Positions 1 to 9,610 of a DNA stretch of 64,000 nucleotides are shown here, one piece after another (position 1 is the stretch's first letter; each line of letters begins with the position of its first letter). Source of the stretch: an uncultured Desulfobacter sp. (GTDB taxonomy: Bacteria > Desulfobacterota > Desulfobacteria > Desulfobacterales > Desulfobacteraceae); assembly GCA_963665095.1 (NCBI GenBank), contig OY762069.1:480001-544000 (forward strand), written 5' to 3'. Below the pieces are notes generated by a model. It was not told where the DNA came from. It saw nothing but the letters and a program-made list of their open reading frames with translations, and did not search any database. A program made the position numbers and the translations under genes.

Positions 1-668
1 CCTGGATCGGGGTGTTTGTGGAAGTGGCAGGCTACAGACCGTTACGACAGGCTCCAAGAGCCTCGGCGGCCATTACGGGCCTTATGATCGGCATTATATT
101 TGAAACCGGTATTTTAATTCTGTTAGGCGCCAAGCGGTTAAGCTTTCCTCCGCTCATTGAATCGGTCTCCTACAATGTGGGCGGTGTCTATTTTACCAAT
201 GTCAAGGTGATGATCATTATCATCAGCCTTTTGCTTATGCTGGCGCTGCACACCTTTATCCAGAAGACCAAATGGGGTATGGCCATGCGCGCCATGTCCT
301 ATGATTTTCTTGCCGTGCCCCTTATGGGTGTCTCCATAAACATCATTGCGCCGCTGACCTTTGCCATTGGTGCGGGCCTTGCCGCTGTATCAGGCATCCT
401 TTACGGCCAGGCATATCCTATCCTGGACCCGTACATGGGGGTTCTCATTGGCTGGAAGGCCTTTGTTGCGGCCATTCTTGGCGGGCGGGGCTCCATTAAG
501 GGGGCAGCCCTGGCCGGGTATCTCCTGGGTTTTATTGAAATATTTGTTGCAACCATATTTCCGTCTACCCTGAGGGATCTTATTGCCTATTCCATTATCC
601 TTTTGATACTGACCTTCAGACCAAGGGGATTTTTCGGGATGGAGTACAGCACCAAACTTCGGCTGTAA
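1..668 (+). CDS. livH: Branched-chain amino acid ABC transporter permease (5' end outside window)
   Basis: Hydrophobic; motifs TKWGMAMRAMS and KAFVAAILGGRGSIKGA; frame open to window edge; precedes livMGF. Confidence 0.9.
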   Translation, partial: WIGVFVEVAGYRPLRQAPRASAAITGLMIGIIFETGILILLGAKRLSFPPLIESVSYNVGGVYFTNVKVMIIIISLLLMLALHTFIQKTKWGMAMRAMSYDFLAVPLMGVSINIIAPLTFAIGAGLAAVSGILYGQAYPILDPYMGVLIGWKAFVAAILGGRGSIKGAALAGYLLGFIEIFVATIFPSTLRDLIAYSIILLILTFRPRGFFGMEYSTKLRL

Positions 669-707
669 TTTTTTACCTCTTTACCCGTTTTTAGAAAGAT
701 TCGTGCT

Positions 708-1970
708 ATGAAGATTGTACAATCAATTAAAAAATTCCATTCCAATATACCCATGGCAGGCTGGCTCTTAGGATTTCTGGCTGCTGCTTTAATTGAGTAT
801 TTCTGGGGATACGATTATATTTCCTACTATCTGGGCCTGCCTAAAATTCCTGTGCTGTTCGGTGCTATTCTGATGTTGAAAGACCCGATGATGATACCCG
901 GGACCCTGGCCTATGACCTTATTGTATATATCCTTCCCATTTGTATTGTAGGGAAAGCGTCCACGTTTTTCACCAACCCGCTGGCAGGAGCCATGGAAAA
1001 AATGCCGTTATGGCTTTCTGTGCTGATTCACCTGTGCTGTTTTTACGGCATACTCGCGCTTTGGGCCGGGATTAATGACTACCGGGTTCTTGTGGTGAAA
1101 CTGACACTGATTTCCATTATCCTGACCATCAGCATCAACGTGATCAACGGCTACCAGGGTGAGTTCTCATGCTCCCATCCCGGTTTCATGGCCATTGGCG
1201 CCTATGTCTCCTCGGTGATAACCCTGTTTCTATTTGTGAATGACAATATTTTCGGAGCGGCTGTGCTGCCGCCCTTTCTTGCCCCGTGGCTTTTCCCCTT
1301 TGCCCTGATTGTAGGCGGGCTTGCCGCCGCCATTGGGTCGCTTTTAGTGGCCATTCCATCTTTCAGGACCCGGGGGGACTATCTTGCCATCATCTCCCTG
1401 GCCTTTATGTTTATTGTAAAAAGCGCGGTGGAAAATCTTAATATCATCGGCGGCGCCCGGGGGATGGGGGGGCAGCCAGATCTGGCCCCGCTTCATGTGA
1501 TTTTTATCTGGACCATGCTGTGCATTTGGGTGGTTCACAATTTTGTCACCTCCATCATGGGTAAAGCGCTCAATGCTGTGCGGGATGATGAGGCTGCTTC
1601 GGAATCCATGACGGTGAAGACCCGTAAAACAAAGATGACGGCATTCATGTTCGGCGCATTCTGGGCGGGTGTGGCCGGCGGGCTTTTTGCCCATGTGCTG
1701 GCCTATATAAACCCGGGTATGTTCAGCATTAACCGGCTGGCAGAGATCCTTGCCATGGTCTATTTCGGAGGACTTAACTCCATCGTGGGTTCCATTGTAG
1801 GGGCTGTTTCCATTAACATCTTAGGGGAGGCATTGCGGCCCCTTGAACTGTTTAAGTGGATCATTATTCCGCTGATATTGATTTTTGTCATGATCTTCCG
1901 GCCCTACGGCCTGATCTCCTTCCGGGAGCTCAACGCGAAAAAACTGCTTGCGGCCAGAAAGAATAAATAA
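708..1970 (+). CDS. livM: Branched-chain amino acid ABC transporter permease
   Basis: NVINGYQGEFSCSHPGFMAIGAY, FRTRGDYLAI, GKALNAVRDDE. Confidence 0.9.
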   Translation: MKIVQSIKKFHSNIPMAGWLLGFLAAALIEYFWGYDYISYYLGLPKIPVLFGAILMLKDPMMIPGTLAYDLIVYILPICIVGKASTFFTNPLAGAMEKMPLWLSVLIHLCCFYGILALWAGINDYRVLVVKLTLISIILTISINVINGYQGEFSCSHPGFMAIGAYVSSVITLFLFVNDNIFGAAVLPPFLAPWLFPFALIVGGLAAAIGSLLVAIPSFRTRGDYLAIISLAFMFIVKSAVENLNIIGGARGMGGQPDLAPLHVIFIWTMLCIWVVHNFVTSIMGKALNAVRDDEAASESMTVKTRKTKMTAFMFGAFWAGVAGGLFAHVLAYINPGMFSINRLAEILAMVYFGGLNSIVGSIVGAVSINILGEALRPLELFKWIIIPLILIFVMIFRPYGLISFRELNAKKLLAARKNK

Positions 1971-1981
1971 GGAGCAATACC

Positions 1982-2755
1982 ATGACGCCTTTGCTTCATG
2001 TAAATAAAATGACCCACTATTTCGGGGGATTACGTGCGGTTTACAACTATAATTTAATGGTTGCACCACACCAGATTGTGGGCCTGATCGGCCCCAACGG
2101 TGCGGGGAAAACAACCGTTTTTAACCTGATTACAGGGGTCTATACCCCCACAGAAGGCAGTATTACACTTGAAAATGAAAATATCGTGGGCCTGGAAACC
2201 AATGAAATAGCAGCCAAAGGGCTTGGCAGAACATTTCAGAATCTTGCTTTGTGGCGACATATGAATGTCCTGGATCATATCAAGATGGCGCACTATTCCC
2301 AGCTCACCTACGGTCTGCTTGACGCATTTTTCAATACAGGCAAATGCCGGAAAGAGGAAGCCAGAGCTGAAGAGAACGCCTACCGCCTTCTGGAGCTTTT
2401 TGATATCAAACAGCATGCGGACCAGCTGGTTACAAGTCTTCCCTATGGAGCCCAGCGGCGGGTGGAGATGGCCCGGGCCATGGCCACCAACCCCAAGGTG
2501 CTGTTCCTGGATGAACCCACCGCTGGCATGACCCCTGATGAACTGATCCAGATGATTAAAATTATCAGACAGGTACACCAGGATTTCGGAGTGGCTATTT
2601 TTCTGATTGAACATCGCATGAAATTTGTAATGGAGCTTTGCCAGCATATCCAGACCCTGGTGTTTGGCGAAGTGATTGCCGAAGGACCTCCTGAAGAGAT
2701 CCAGAACAACCCACAGGTGATTGAAGCCTATCTCGGCAAGGAGGATTTGACCTGA
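1982..2755 (+). CDS. livG: Branched-chain amino acid ABC ATP-binding protein
   Basis: Walker A GPNGAGKTT, LPYGAQRRVEMARA, LDEPTAG, EAYLG terminus. Confidence 0.92.
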   Translation: MTPLLHVNKMTHYFGGLRAVYNYNLMVAPHQIVGLIGPNGAGKTTVFNLITGVYTPTEGSITLENENIVGLETNEIAAKGLGRTFQNLALWRHMNVLDHIKMAHYSQLTYGLLDAFFNTGKCRKEEARAEENAYRLLELFDIKQHADQLVTSLPYGAQRRVEMARAMATNPKVLFLDEPTAGMTPDELIQMIKIIRQVHQDFGVAIFLIEHRMKFVMELCQHIQTLVFGEVIAEGPPEEIQNNPQVIEAYLGKEDLT

Positions 2756-3468
2756 TGCAGCTTAATGTAAAAAATTTAAAGGTTTCCTACGGCAACATCA
2801 AGGCCCTGCACGGGCTTGACTTCAGCATTGATGCCGGTGAAATTGTCACCATTATCGGGGCCAATGGTGCGGGAAAAAGCACAACACTTCGAGCCATTTC
2901 CAGAATGGTGCCCAGCGAACCGGGTTCCACCATTGAATTTGAAGGTCAGGATGTGCTTTCCTATGCTACGGACAAAGTGGTCAATAAACTTGGGATTTCC
3001 CATGTCCCTGAGGGCCGCAGAATTTTTGGCAATCTTACGGTGACGGAAAATTTAACCCTTGCCTGTTTTGCCAGAAAAGATACTTTTCAGATTGAAAAGG
3101 ATAAAAAGTGGGTGTTTGATCTTTTCCCCCGTCTTGAAGAGCGGAAGAATCAGGTGGCCGGCACCCTGTCCGGCGGGGAGCAGCAGATGCTGGCCGTGGG
3201 ACGGGGATACATGAGCGGCAGAAAACTTATGATCCTGGACGAGCCCTCCATGGGCCTTGCCCCCTTACTCATGCTGGAGATGTTTGATGCCCTTAAGGAG
3301 ATCAACAAATACGGCACTACAATACTGCTGGTGGAACAGAATGCCCGGCTTGCCCTTAAATTTGCCCAGAGAGGCTATGTGATTGAACACGGTTCTCTGG
3401 TGCTTGAAGGTCCTGCAGATAAACTGCTTGATGATCCCGAGGTGAAAAAGGCCTATCTGGGCGCGTAA
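2755..3468 (+). CDS. livF: Branched-chain amino acid ABC ATP-binding protein
   Basis: GANGAGKST, VPEGRRIF, LSGGEQQMLA, LVEQNA. Confidence 0.92.
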   Translation: MQLNVKNLKVSYGNIKALHGLDFSIDAGEIVTIIGANGAGKSTTLRAISRMVPSEPGSTIEFEGQDVLSYATDKVVNKLGISHVPEGRRIFGNLTVTENLTLACFARKDTFQIEKDKKWVFDLFPRLEERKNQVAGTLSGGEQQMLAVGRGYMSGRKLMILDEPSMGLAPLLMLEMFDALKEINKYGTTILLVEQNARLALKFAQRGYVIEHGSLVLEGPADKLLDDPEVKKAYLGA

Positions 3469-3503
3469 TTTTTAGCCTGAGAGACCTGTTGCCGCTTGGT
3501 TAC

Positions 3504-4955
3504 TTACTGCTTCCAGAATTCCGGCACCAGAAGAATAATCACTGTATAAATTTCCAGGCGTCCTGCCAGCATACACCAGGACAAAAGCCATTTGCCGGCC
3601 TGGGGAAGGTGCGCAAAGTTCTCAGCAGGCCCTACCGTGCCAAATCCCGGACCAATGTTTCCGATGCACGAGGCCGTGGCACCCAGGGAGGTCAGCAGGT
3701 CCACCCCCATGGCGGCAAGAAGAATGGTGGCCACCACAAAGATAAGAATATAAAGGGCGATAAACCCCATGATGGAACGAAGAAGTTCTTCCGGGATCAG
3801 GGTATTGTTCAGCTTAACATGGCTGACGCTTCTGGGGTGAATCAGTTTGAACAGCTCCCGGTAGCAGTATTTGATACACACAATGATCCGGGCACACTTC
3901 ATGCCGCCGCCGGTGGACCCGGCACTGGCCCCCATGAACATGCCAAAAAACAAAATGGCCTGGGAAAACCCCGGAAACAGTTCGTAGTCTGCGGTGGCAT
4001 AGCCGGTGGTGGTGACAATGGAGACCACCTGAAATACTGCGAACCTGAATGATTTGGAAAAGCTGTCATAGAGTGGGCCCCAGATGTTCAGGGTAATGGC
4101 CATGGTACAGACAAAAACAACGCCTAAAAAGAACCTGCATTCAGAATCTTTCCAGAACGCCAGGCCATTTCCCAGAAGGATCTGGTAATGCAGGGAAAAG
4201 TTAATTCCGGCCAGCAGCATAAAGATGGTAATTGTATAGTCAAAATACGCTGAATCATAATGGGCAATGGACAGATTCTTAGGCGAAAATCCACCCGTAG
4301 GAAGGGTGGTCAGCGCATGACAGATTGATTCAAACAGATTCATGCCCCCAAGGTAAAGAAACAGGCCAAGGGCCAGGGTCATGCCGGCATAAACAATCCA
4401 CAGAATTTTGGCTGAATCGGAGAGCCGCGGCGTCAGTTTATCCGGTACCGGGCTTGGCACTTCGGCTTTATATAACTGTATGCCACCCACCCCTAAAAAG
4501 GGAAGAATGGCCAGGGAGAGAACAATGATGCCCATACCACCCAGCCACTGGATCAGGCTTCGCCAGAACAAAAGGCTTGGGGCGGCCCCTTCAATATTGG
4601 TCATCACAGAAGAGCCTGTGGTGGTGAATCCGGAGACTGATTCAAAAAACGCATCTGTATACGTTGAGAAATCAGGGGCCAGAAAAAAGGGCAGAGCCCC
4701 GAAAAGCCCGATACACAACCAGCCCAGGGCAACAACCGCAATGCCTTCCCGCTGGTTGATATAATCATATTCGCCGGCTTTCTTGGACACCATGACCATG
4801 CATGCGCCCATGACCATGGTGGTTGCCATGGCTGCCAGGTGGCCCTGATGTGCCCCGTCCCTGAGTATCAGACTGCAGATCAGCGGCAGGGCCATGGAAA
4901 GACCAAGTACAAAGAGCAGAAAACCAATGATCCTGGAAATAAACGGCCAGCGCAT
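3504..4955 (-). CDS. trkH: Trk potassium uptake membrane protein
   Basis: FFESVSGFTTTG, QWLGGMG, GSTGGGMK, GNIGPG, GRLEI. Confidence 0.95.
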   Translation of the reverse strand: MRWPFISRIIGFLLFVLGLSMALPLICSLILRDGAHQGHLAAMATTMVMGACMVMVSKKAGEYDYINQREGIAVVALGWLCIGLFGALPFFLAPDFSTYTDAFFESVSGFTTTGSSVMTNIEGAAPSLLFWRSLIQWLGGMGIIVLSLAILPFLGVGGIQLYKAEVPSPVPDKLTPRLSDSAKILWIVYAGMTLALGLFLYLGGMNLFESICHALTTLPTGGFSPKNLSIAHYDSAYFDYTITIFMLLAGINFSLHYQILLGNGLAFWKDSECRFFLGVVFVCTMAITLNIWGPLYDSFSKSFRFAVFQVVSIVTTTGYATADYELFPGFSQAILFFGMFMGASAGSTGGGMKCARIIVCIKYCYRELFKLIHPRSVSHVKLNNTLIPEELLRSIMGFIALYILIFVVATILLAAMGVDLLTSLGATASCIGNIGPGFGTVGPAENFAHLPQAGKWLLSWCMLAGRLEIYTVIILLVPEFWKQ

Positions 4956-6319
4956 CAGAAGAAACCCAGCTTCACAGTGAGCATTTTTTCAAGCTTTTTA
5001 ACTGCCGCCTGAACCGCAAAAAGAATGATTCTGTCCCCGGGCTGCACCGTACTTTGGCCGGAGGGGATGATGATTTCCTCCTGCCGGGTGATACAGACCA
5101 GAAGAGTACCCTTGGGAAAGGATATATCTTTGAGCGGCCCCTTGGTGATGGTGGAGGATGCCAGGGCTACCGCTTCAATAAATTCGCCCTGTTCACCAAA
5201 TATGGAGATGTCCGAGATAACATTGCCCTGTCGGATATCCTGGAGAATGGAGGATACCGCAGACACCCGGGGGCTGACCACCTTTTCAATGCCGATGGTT
5301 GACAGAAGCGGGTAATAACCGGCTTTGCTTATGCGGGTAATGGTATTGTTCACGCCCATGTTTTTAGCCAGAAGGGAAACCAGAATATTGGTTTCATCGT
5401 CATTGGTGACTGAAACCACCGCATCCATATGGCTGATATTCTCTTCTATGAACAGTTTCTGGTCTCCACCGTCTCCGTGGAGCACTACGGCTTTTTCCAT
5501 TTGCATGGAAAGGGTATCGCATCGCTCCAGGTTCGATTCTATAATTTTAACCTGGATATTATCCTTTTCCAGCGAACAGGCAAGCTTGGCCCCGATGCGG
5601 CCGCCGCCGACAATTAGCACTTTTTTGACCGGATTAATGGTCACCCCTAAAAGATTAAGGGTTTTTTCAAGGTTGGTGGTATCGCAGACAAAGTAGATCA
5701 AATCTCCGGCAAGGGGCTTGTCCTTCCCCCTGGGAACAATCACGTTGCTGCCACGGACAATGGCGGCAATTAAAGGGCGGTCCTGACCGAAAACGTGGTA
5801 AAACTGTGATAATTCCATGCCGGCGATGGGGGAGTCCGGTGACAGCCGCATACCCACATATCTAACCTTGCCGTCTACAAATTCTCCCTTATCAATGGCC
5901 CCGGGAATGGTCATCAGCTTTCGGATGGTTTTTACCACCTCTGCTTCCGGGTTGATAATGTTATCAATGTGAGGGGCTTCGTTTTTCAGGCTGGTGTGAA
6001 AGGGGACAAACTCTTCGTTGCGCAGGCGGACAAGTTTACGTGTCATGGGCGAAATCTGGTTGGCAATCAAACAGGATACAATATTGATTTCATCACTGTC
6101 CGTTACTGCCAGAAGTATATCTGCACCAATAATTCCAGCCTGCCGCAGTGTCTCCGGATTACTGCCCGATCCTGTTACAACCTTGACATCCAGGTCTTCC
6201 GCAATCTTTCTGGTGGCAAGAGCGTCTGTGTCAACCACCACAACGTTCTTGCTTTCAAGGGCCAGTCGGCTGGCAATGTTGTATCCCACGCCACCGGCAC
6301 CGATAATCACAATTTTCAA
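4955..6319 (-). CDS. trkA: Trk potassium uptake NAD-binding subunit
   Basis: Two RCK-N Rossmann motifs (GAGGVG, GGGRIG); coupled to trkH. Confidence 0.95.
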   Translation of the reverse strand: MKIVIIGAGGVGYNIASRLALESKNVVVVDTDALATRKIAEDLDVKVVTGSGSNPETLRQAGIIGADILLAVTDSDEINIVSCLIANQISPMTRKLVRLRNEEFVPFHTSLKNEAPHIDNIINPEAEVVKTIRKLMTIPGAIDKGEFVDGKVRYVGMRLSPDSPIAGMELSQFYHVFGQDRPLIAAIVRGSNVIVPRGKDKPLAGDLIYFVCDTTNLEKTLNLLGVTINPVKKVLIVGGGRIGAKLACSLEKDNIQVKIIESNLERCDTLSMQMEKAVVLHGDGGDQKLFIEENISHMDAVVSVTNDDETNILVSLLAKNMGVNNTITRISKAGYYPLLSTIGIEKVVSPRVSAVSSILQDIRQGNVISDISIFGEQGEFIEAVALASSTITKGPLKDISFPKGTLLVCITRQEEIIIPSGQSTVQPGDRIILFAVQAAVKKLEKMLTVKLGFF

Positions 6320-6550
6320 GGGGAAACTCCTTGTTCTATGTCAAGAATCAGGATTGGCTTACCATTTGGCCGATTTTTACTATATTTGGCAAGGCGCTGT
6401 CAACTCGGCAGAATCAGGGAAAGAGGGGTGAATATTTGAGTTTGTATTTGGTTGTAAAGGTGTGTGTGGTTTAAAAGCGTAAAAATTCAATTGGTTATAT
6501 GTCTAATTGCGGGCTTTTGATTAACGGTGTTCACCGTATCATGTTCTTGA

Positions 6551-6588
6551 AAATACCGGCCTATCCCGAAAGATAGGCCGGTATATTT
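6551..6588 (-). terminator. Intrinsic terminator after the SLC13 gene
   Basis: Perfect 13-bp stem ATACCGGCCTATC/GATAGGCCGGTAT. Confidence 0.75.
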
Positions 6589-6623
6589 CAATGTGGTCTG
6601 TTAAAATTTATTTGGACTGGTTT

Positions 6624-8102
6624 TTACATGGTTGTAATGGGCATACCCATGAGCTTCCATAAAAATACAGACAACCCCACAACCACCATGAGAATGATGC
6701 TGGCCGGAATACCGTACATGAAAAATTCGCCTGTGGTAAACTGTTTGGAATCGTAGGCAATGGCGTTGGGTGCAGCGCCAACCAGCAGAAGGAAGGGCAT
6801 ACCTGCCGTGACAAGGGATGCAAACAGGATGACTTCAGGGGCCACATGCAGGTAAGGTGCGATAACCAGTGCCACGGGCAGGGAGATGGCTATGGCTGCC
6901 ACGTTCATGATAAAGTTGGTCATGATCATGACAAAGAAAGCAATGCTTAAAATAAACACAAAGTAATTGGCTTTCTGGAACATGGTCAGCCAGTTGATGG
7001 CCAGCCATTCGGCAGCCCCTGTTTCCCACAGGCAGAAACCGATACTCATGGCACCGCCAAAAAGCAGGATGATATTCCAGGGAATAGTTTCAAGGTCTTT
7101 TATGTCTAATATATTGAAGATGAAAAACAGAACAGTTGCCACAAGCATGATTGCATTTTTGTCCAGGTTGGCTATGGCGGGGATAAACTGTTTTATGGAC
7201 ATAATAGCGATGGCTGTAAAGATGATGCTGGCTGCCAGGATCTCCTGTTTTGTAATGCCGCCCATGGCTTTTCCAAGAGCCTTGGCCTTTTCTCTGATGC
7301 CGGGAATGGTCTTTTTTTCAGGCTTGCAGAAAATCATGAAAAAGCCCCAGAGGATAAATGTCATGGCCCAGCCCACCGGTGCCATATAAAAGCTCAGTTC
7401 AAAAAAGGAGACATCCCGACCGACAATGTCCTTAAAAAAGCCAATGGCCACAGCACCCCGGGCAGCACCTAACAAGGTGATAATTGAGCCGGCACCTGCC
7501 ACGAATGCCATACCAATGAACAGTCCTTTGCCAAATTTAGTGGGACCGGGTTCATCTGTATACATTCCGTAAATGGTCATCAAAAGTGGAAACATGGTCG
7601 CAGCCACTGCGGTGTGGGCCATGATATGGGTCAACGCTGCAGTTACTACAAAGCAGCCCAAATATATCATGCTGGTTTTTTCTCCTACAATGGCGAGCAT
7701 TTTGTAAGCCAGTCGTTTGGTCAGACCTGTTTTGGTAAATACCATGCCGATTACCAGGGAACCGAAGATAAACAGAACGGACGGGGTCATGAAGTCTTTC
7801 AAAGCCTCTTTGGCTGTCCGAACCATAAAAAGAACCTGCAAAGCACCTAAGGCCAGACTGGTTACACCAATAGGTACCACCTCAAACACCCACCAGGTGC
7901 CGGCCAGCAGAAAAATGGCAAGTGCCCCTTTTCCCTGCTGGCTTAATACAAAATGTTTTCCGGTGGGATCCACAGCATCGGGCCAGGCCGGAGAGAAATT
8001 GACAATGGCGAACAGGGTGACGCCGATTAAAATAAACAGAATTCTTTTCCAATCCAGCTGTGTTTTGGGTGCATCTGCGTTTTGGGTTGTCATTTGCCTC
8101 AT
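6624..8102 (-). CDS. SLC13/DASS family anion (sulfate or dicarboxylate):sodium symporter; start may be 8093
   Basis: Multi-pass membrane protein; PWNIILLFGG, MTNFIMNVAA, GAAPNAIAY. Confidence 0.88.
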   Translation of the reverse strand: MRQMTTQNADAPKTQLDWKRILFILIGVTLFAIVNFSPAWPDAVDPTGKHFVLSQQGKGALAIFLLAGTWWVFEVVPIGVTSLALGALQVLFMVRTAKEALKDFMTPSVLFIFGSLVIGMVFTKTGLTKRLAYKMLAIVGEKTSMIYLGCFVVTAALTHIMAHTAVAATMFPLLMTIYGMYTDEPGPTKFGKGLFIGMAFVAGAGSIITLLGAARGAVAIGFFKDIVGRDVSFFELSFYMAPVGWAMTFILWGFFMIFCKPEKKTIPGIREKAKALGKAMGGITKQEILAASIIFTAIAIMSIKQFIPAIANLDKNAIMLVATVLFFIFNILDIKDLETIPWNIILLFGGAMSIGFCLWETGAAEWLAINWLTMFQKANYFVFILSIAFFVMIMTNFIMNVAAIAISLPVALVIAPYLHVAPEVILFASLVTAGMPFLLLVGAAPNAIAYDSKQFTTGEFFMYGIPASIILMVVVGLSVFLWKLMGMPITTM

Positions 8103-8158
8103 AACTCCTTTTGTTAAAAGATAATTGGGTTTTATTCATAATCGTATTTTCAGATCGT

Positions 8159-9079
8159 CTACGGATCTTTGCTTTTACGTCTGAAAGGTGCTCCAAAATC
8201 AAAATTTCTGGTGATACCGCCTTTATAATAATTGGGGCCTATTTTAGTTTTAACTGATTTTACCCCGGGCACTACGCGGGCAAGGTCAGTGATCTCCTGT
8301 TGTGCCTTTGAAAGGTTCATCACCTTCCGGTCCAGGGTAACAAGAATATGACCTGAGTGTGACTCAATGACCAGGCAATGCCCGAGTTCTGCCAAGGCGA
8401 ATTCTACCCTGGCGCTGGTATTTAAATCAAATACTGTTTCTTTATTTTTCGAAGTAAAGATTGATGCGTTCAGATCGGCCTGGATTTTTTCCAGCGTACT
8501 TTTTAACTGACTTTCTGTCAGGTCAAAGCTTTCCTTATCCGCTTTCTGCCAGTCCAGAGCCAGGTTGTGCAGACCCGGCTCATAAAGGGAAGGCAGGCCT
8601 AATAAATCCGCGAACCGCTGGGTGCGGCGGTCGGCTTTGGTTATGGCTGCCATGGCCTCCTGACCTGACAGTTTGTCTTTTTCCCGGGCCTGTTTTACCC
8701 GATATTGCCGGGGGGTATCTGACAGTATTCTGTAAAAAACTGGTTCTGGTGACTGGATCAGATGCGATAAAATACCTGAAAAAATACATGGTCCTTTGCA
8801 TATACAATCAGTTATCTGGACTTTAAGTGCTGCCATGCATTTTTTTCTGTCATGGGTAAAATTATCAAAGGGAATGTGTCTGCCCTGGACAGCTTTGAAA
8901 ATCAGCTCTTTTTTTAAGCCATGACCCCGGGCGGCCGCCTGGATCACTTCCACATCTTCAAATACAGGGCAGTTATATAAAGCAGATGCCGCATCAACAA
9001 GTTTGCAGGGGGAGGCGTACTGTCCGCATGTAATGGCAATTAAAGGCAAAGTCAATGTTTTCTGCTCAGTTTGGTTCAA
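8159..9079 (-). CDS. Cytidylate-kinase-like protein with a C-terminal BON-like domain (start uncertain)
   Basis: N-terminal IAITCGQY, RVKQAREKDKLSGQEA, C-terminal ARVVPGVKSV; SLC13 context. Confidence 0.65.
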   Translation of the reverse strand: MNQTEQKTLTLPLIAITCGQYASPCKLVDAASALYNCPVFEDVEVIQAAARGHGLKKELIFKAVQGRHIPFDNFTHDRKKCMAALKVQITDCICKGPCIFSGILSHLIQSPEPVFYRILSDTPRQYRVKQAREKDKLSGQEAMAAITKADRRTQRFADLLGLPSLYEPGLHNLALDWQKADKESFDLTESQLKSTLEKIQADLNASIFTSKNKETVFDLNTSARVEFALAELGHCLVIESHSGHILVTLDRKVMNLSKAQQEITDLARVVPGVKSVKTKIGPNYYKGGITRNFDFGAPFRRKSKDP

Positions 9080-9109
9080 AGGTTAACAACATAAATCCGG
9101 ACTATAGAC

Positions 9110-9125
9110 AGCAAGGACTATGCCA
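9110..9125 (-). promoter_or_regulatory. Sigma-54 (-24/-12) promoter
   Basis: Minus strand TGGCATAGTCCTTGCT matches TGGCAC-N5-TTGCW. Confidence 0.8.
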
Positions 9126-9240
9126 TGAGATATTTATTGTTTTATAACAGTAGATTAACTATTTTGAAGAAGAGGGGAGAGGAAGGGATTAAAACAAATT
9201 GAAACAAATTGAGATGCACATTTTGAAACATTTTGTAACT

Positions 9241-9603
9241 TTATATCAAAAGGCCTTCCACCATACGGATAAACAGGATGTCCCCTGACCGTAATGTCCG
9301 GGTCTGCCAGCGCTCAAACGCATAGGGCCAGGGACCGGATACGCCGTCATAAATCGACAGCTTTTTCCATTTCAGGAACTCATAATATTCATCTTCAATG
9401 GCACCGCAGATCAACGTCTTAATATCCTGGGCAAGCAAAATGTGGCATAGTTCATCAGGCGAGGATCTCGGCAGGACTATGATTTTTTTTTCCAGTAACC
9501 CTTTGGATTTGGAGGTTGTCAGAATGATGACTTCGGTACTCAGGTCAAACCGGGGGGCGATTTCCTCTCCGAGAATGGGTATGGCTATTTTATGCTGGGG
9601 CAT
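9241..9603 (-). CDS. NifB/NifX-family (FeMo-co biosynthesis domain) protein
   Basis: KIAIP...IAPRFD and DIKTLICGAI; 120 aa. Confidence 0.8.
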   Translation of the reverse strand: MPQHKIAIPILGEEIAPRFDLSTEVIILTTSKSKGLLEKKIIVLPRSSPDELCHILLAQDIKTLICGAIEDEYYEFLKWKKLSIYDGVSGPWPYAFERWQTRTLRSGDILFIRMVEGLLI

Positions 9604-9610
9604 GATGCAT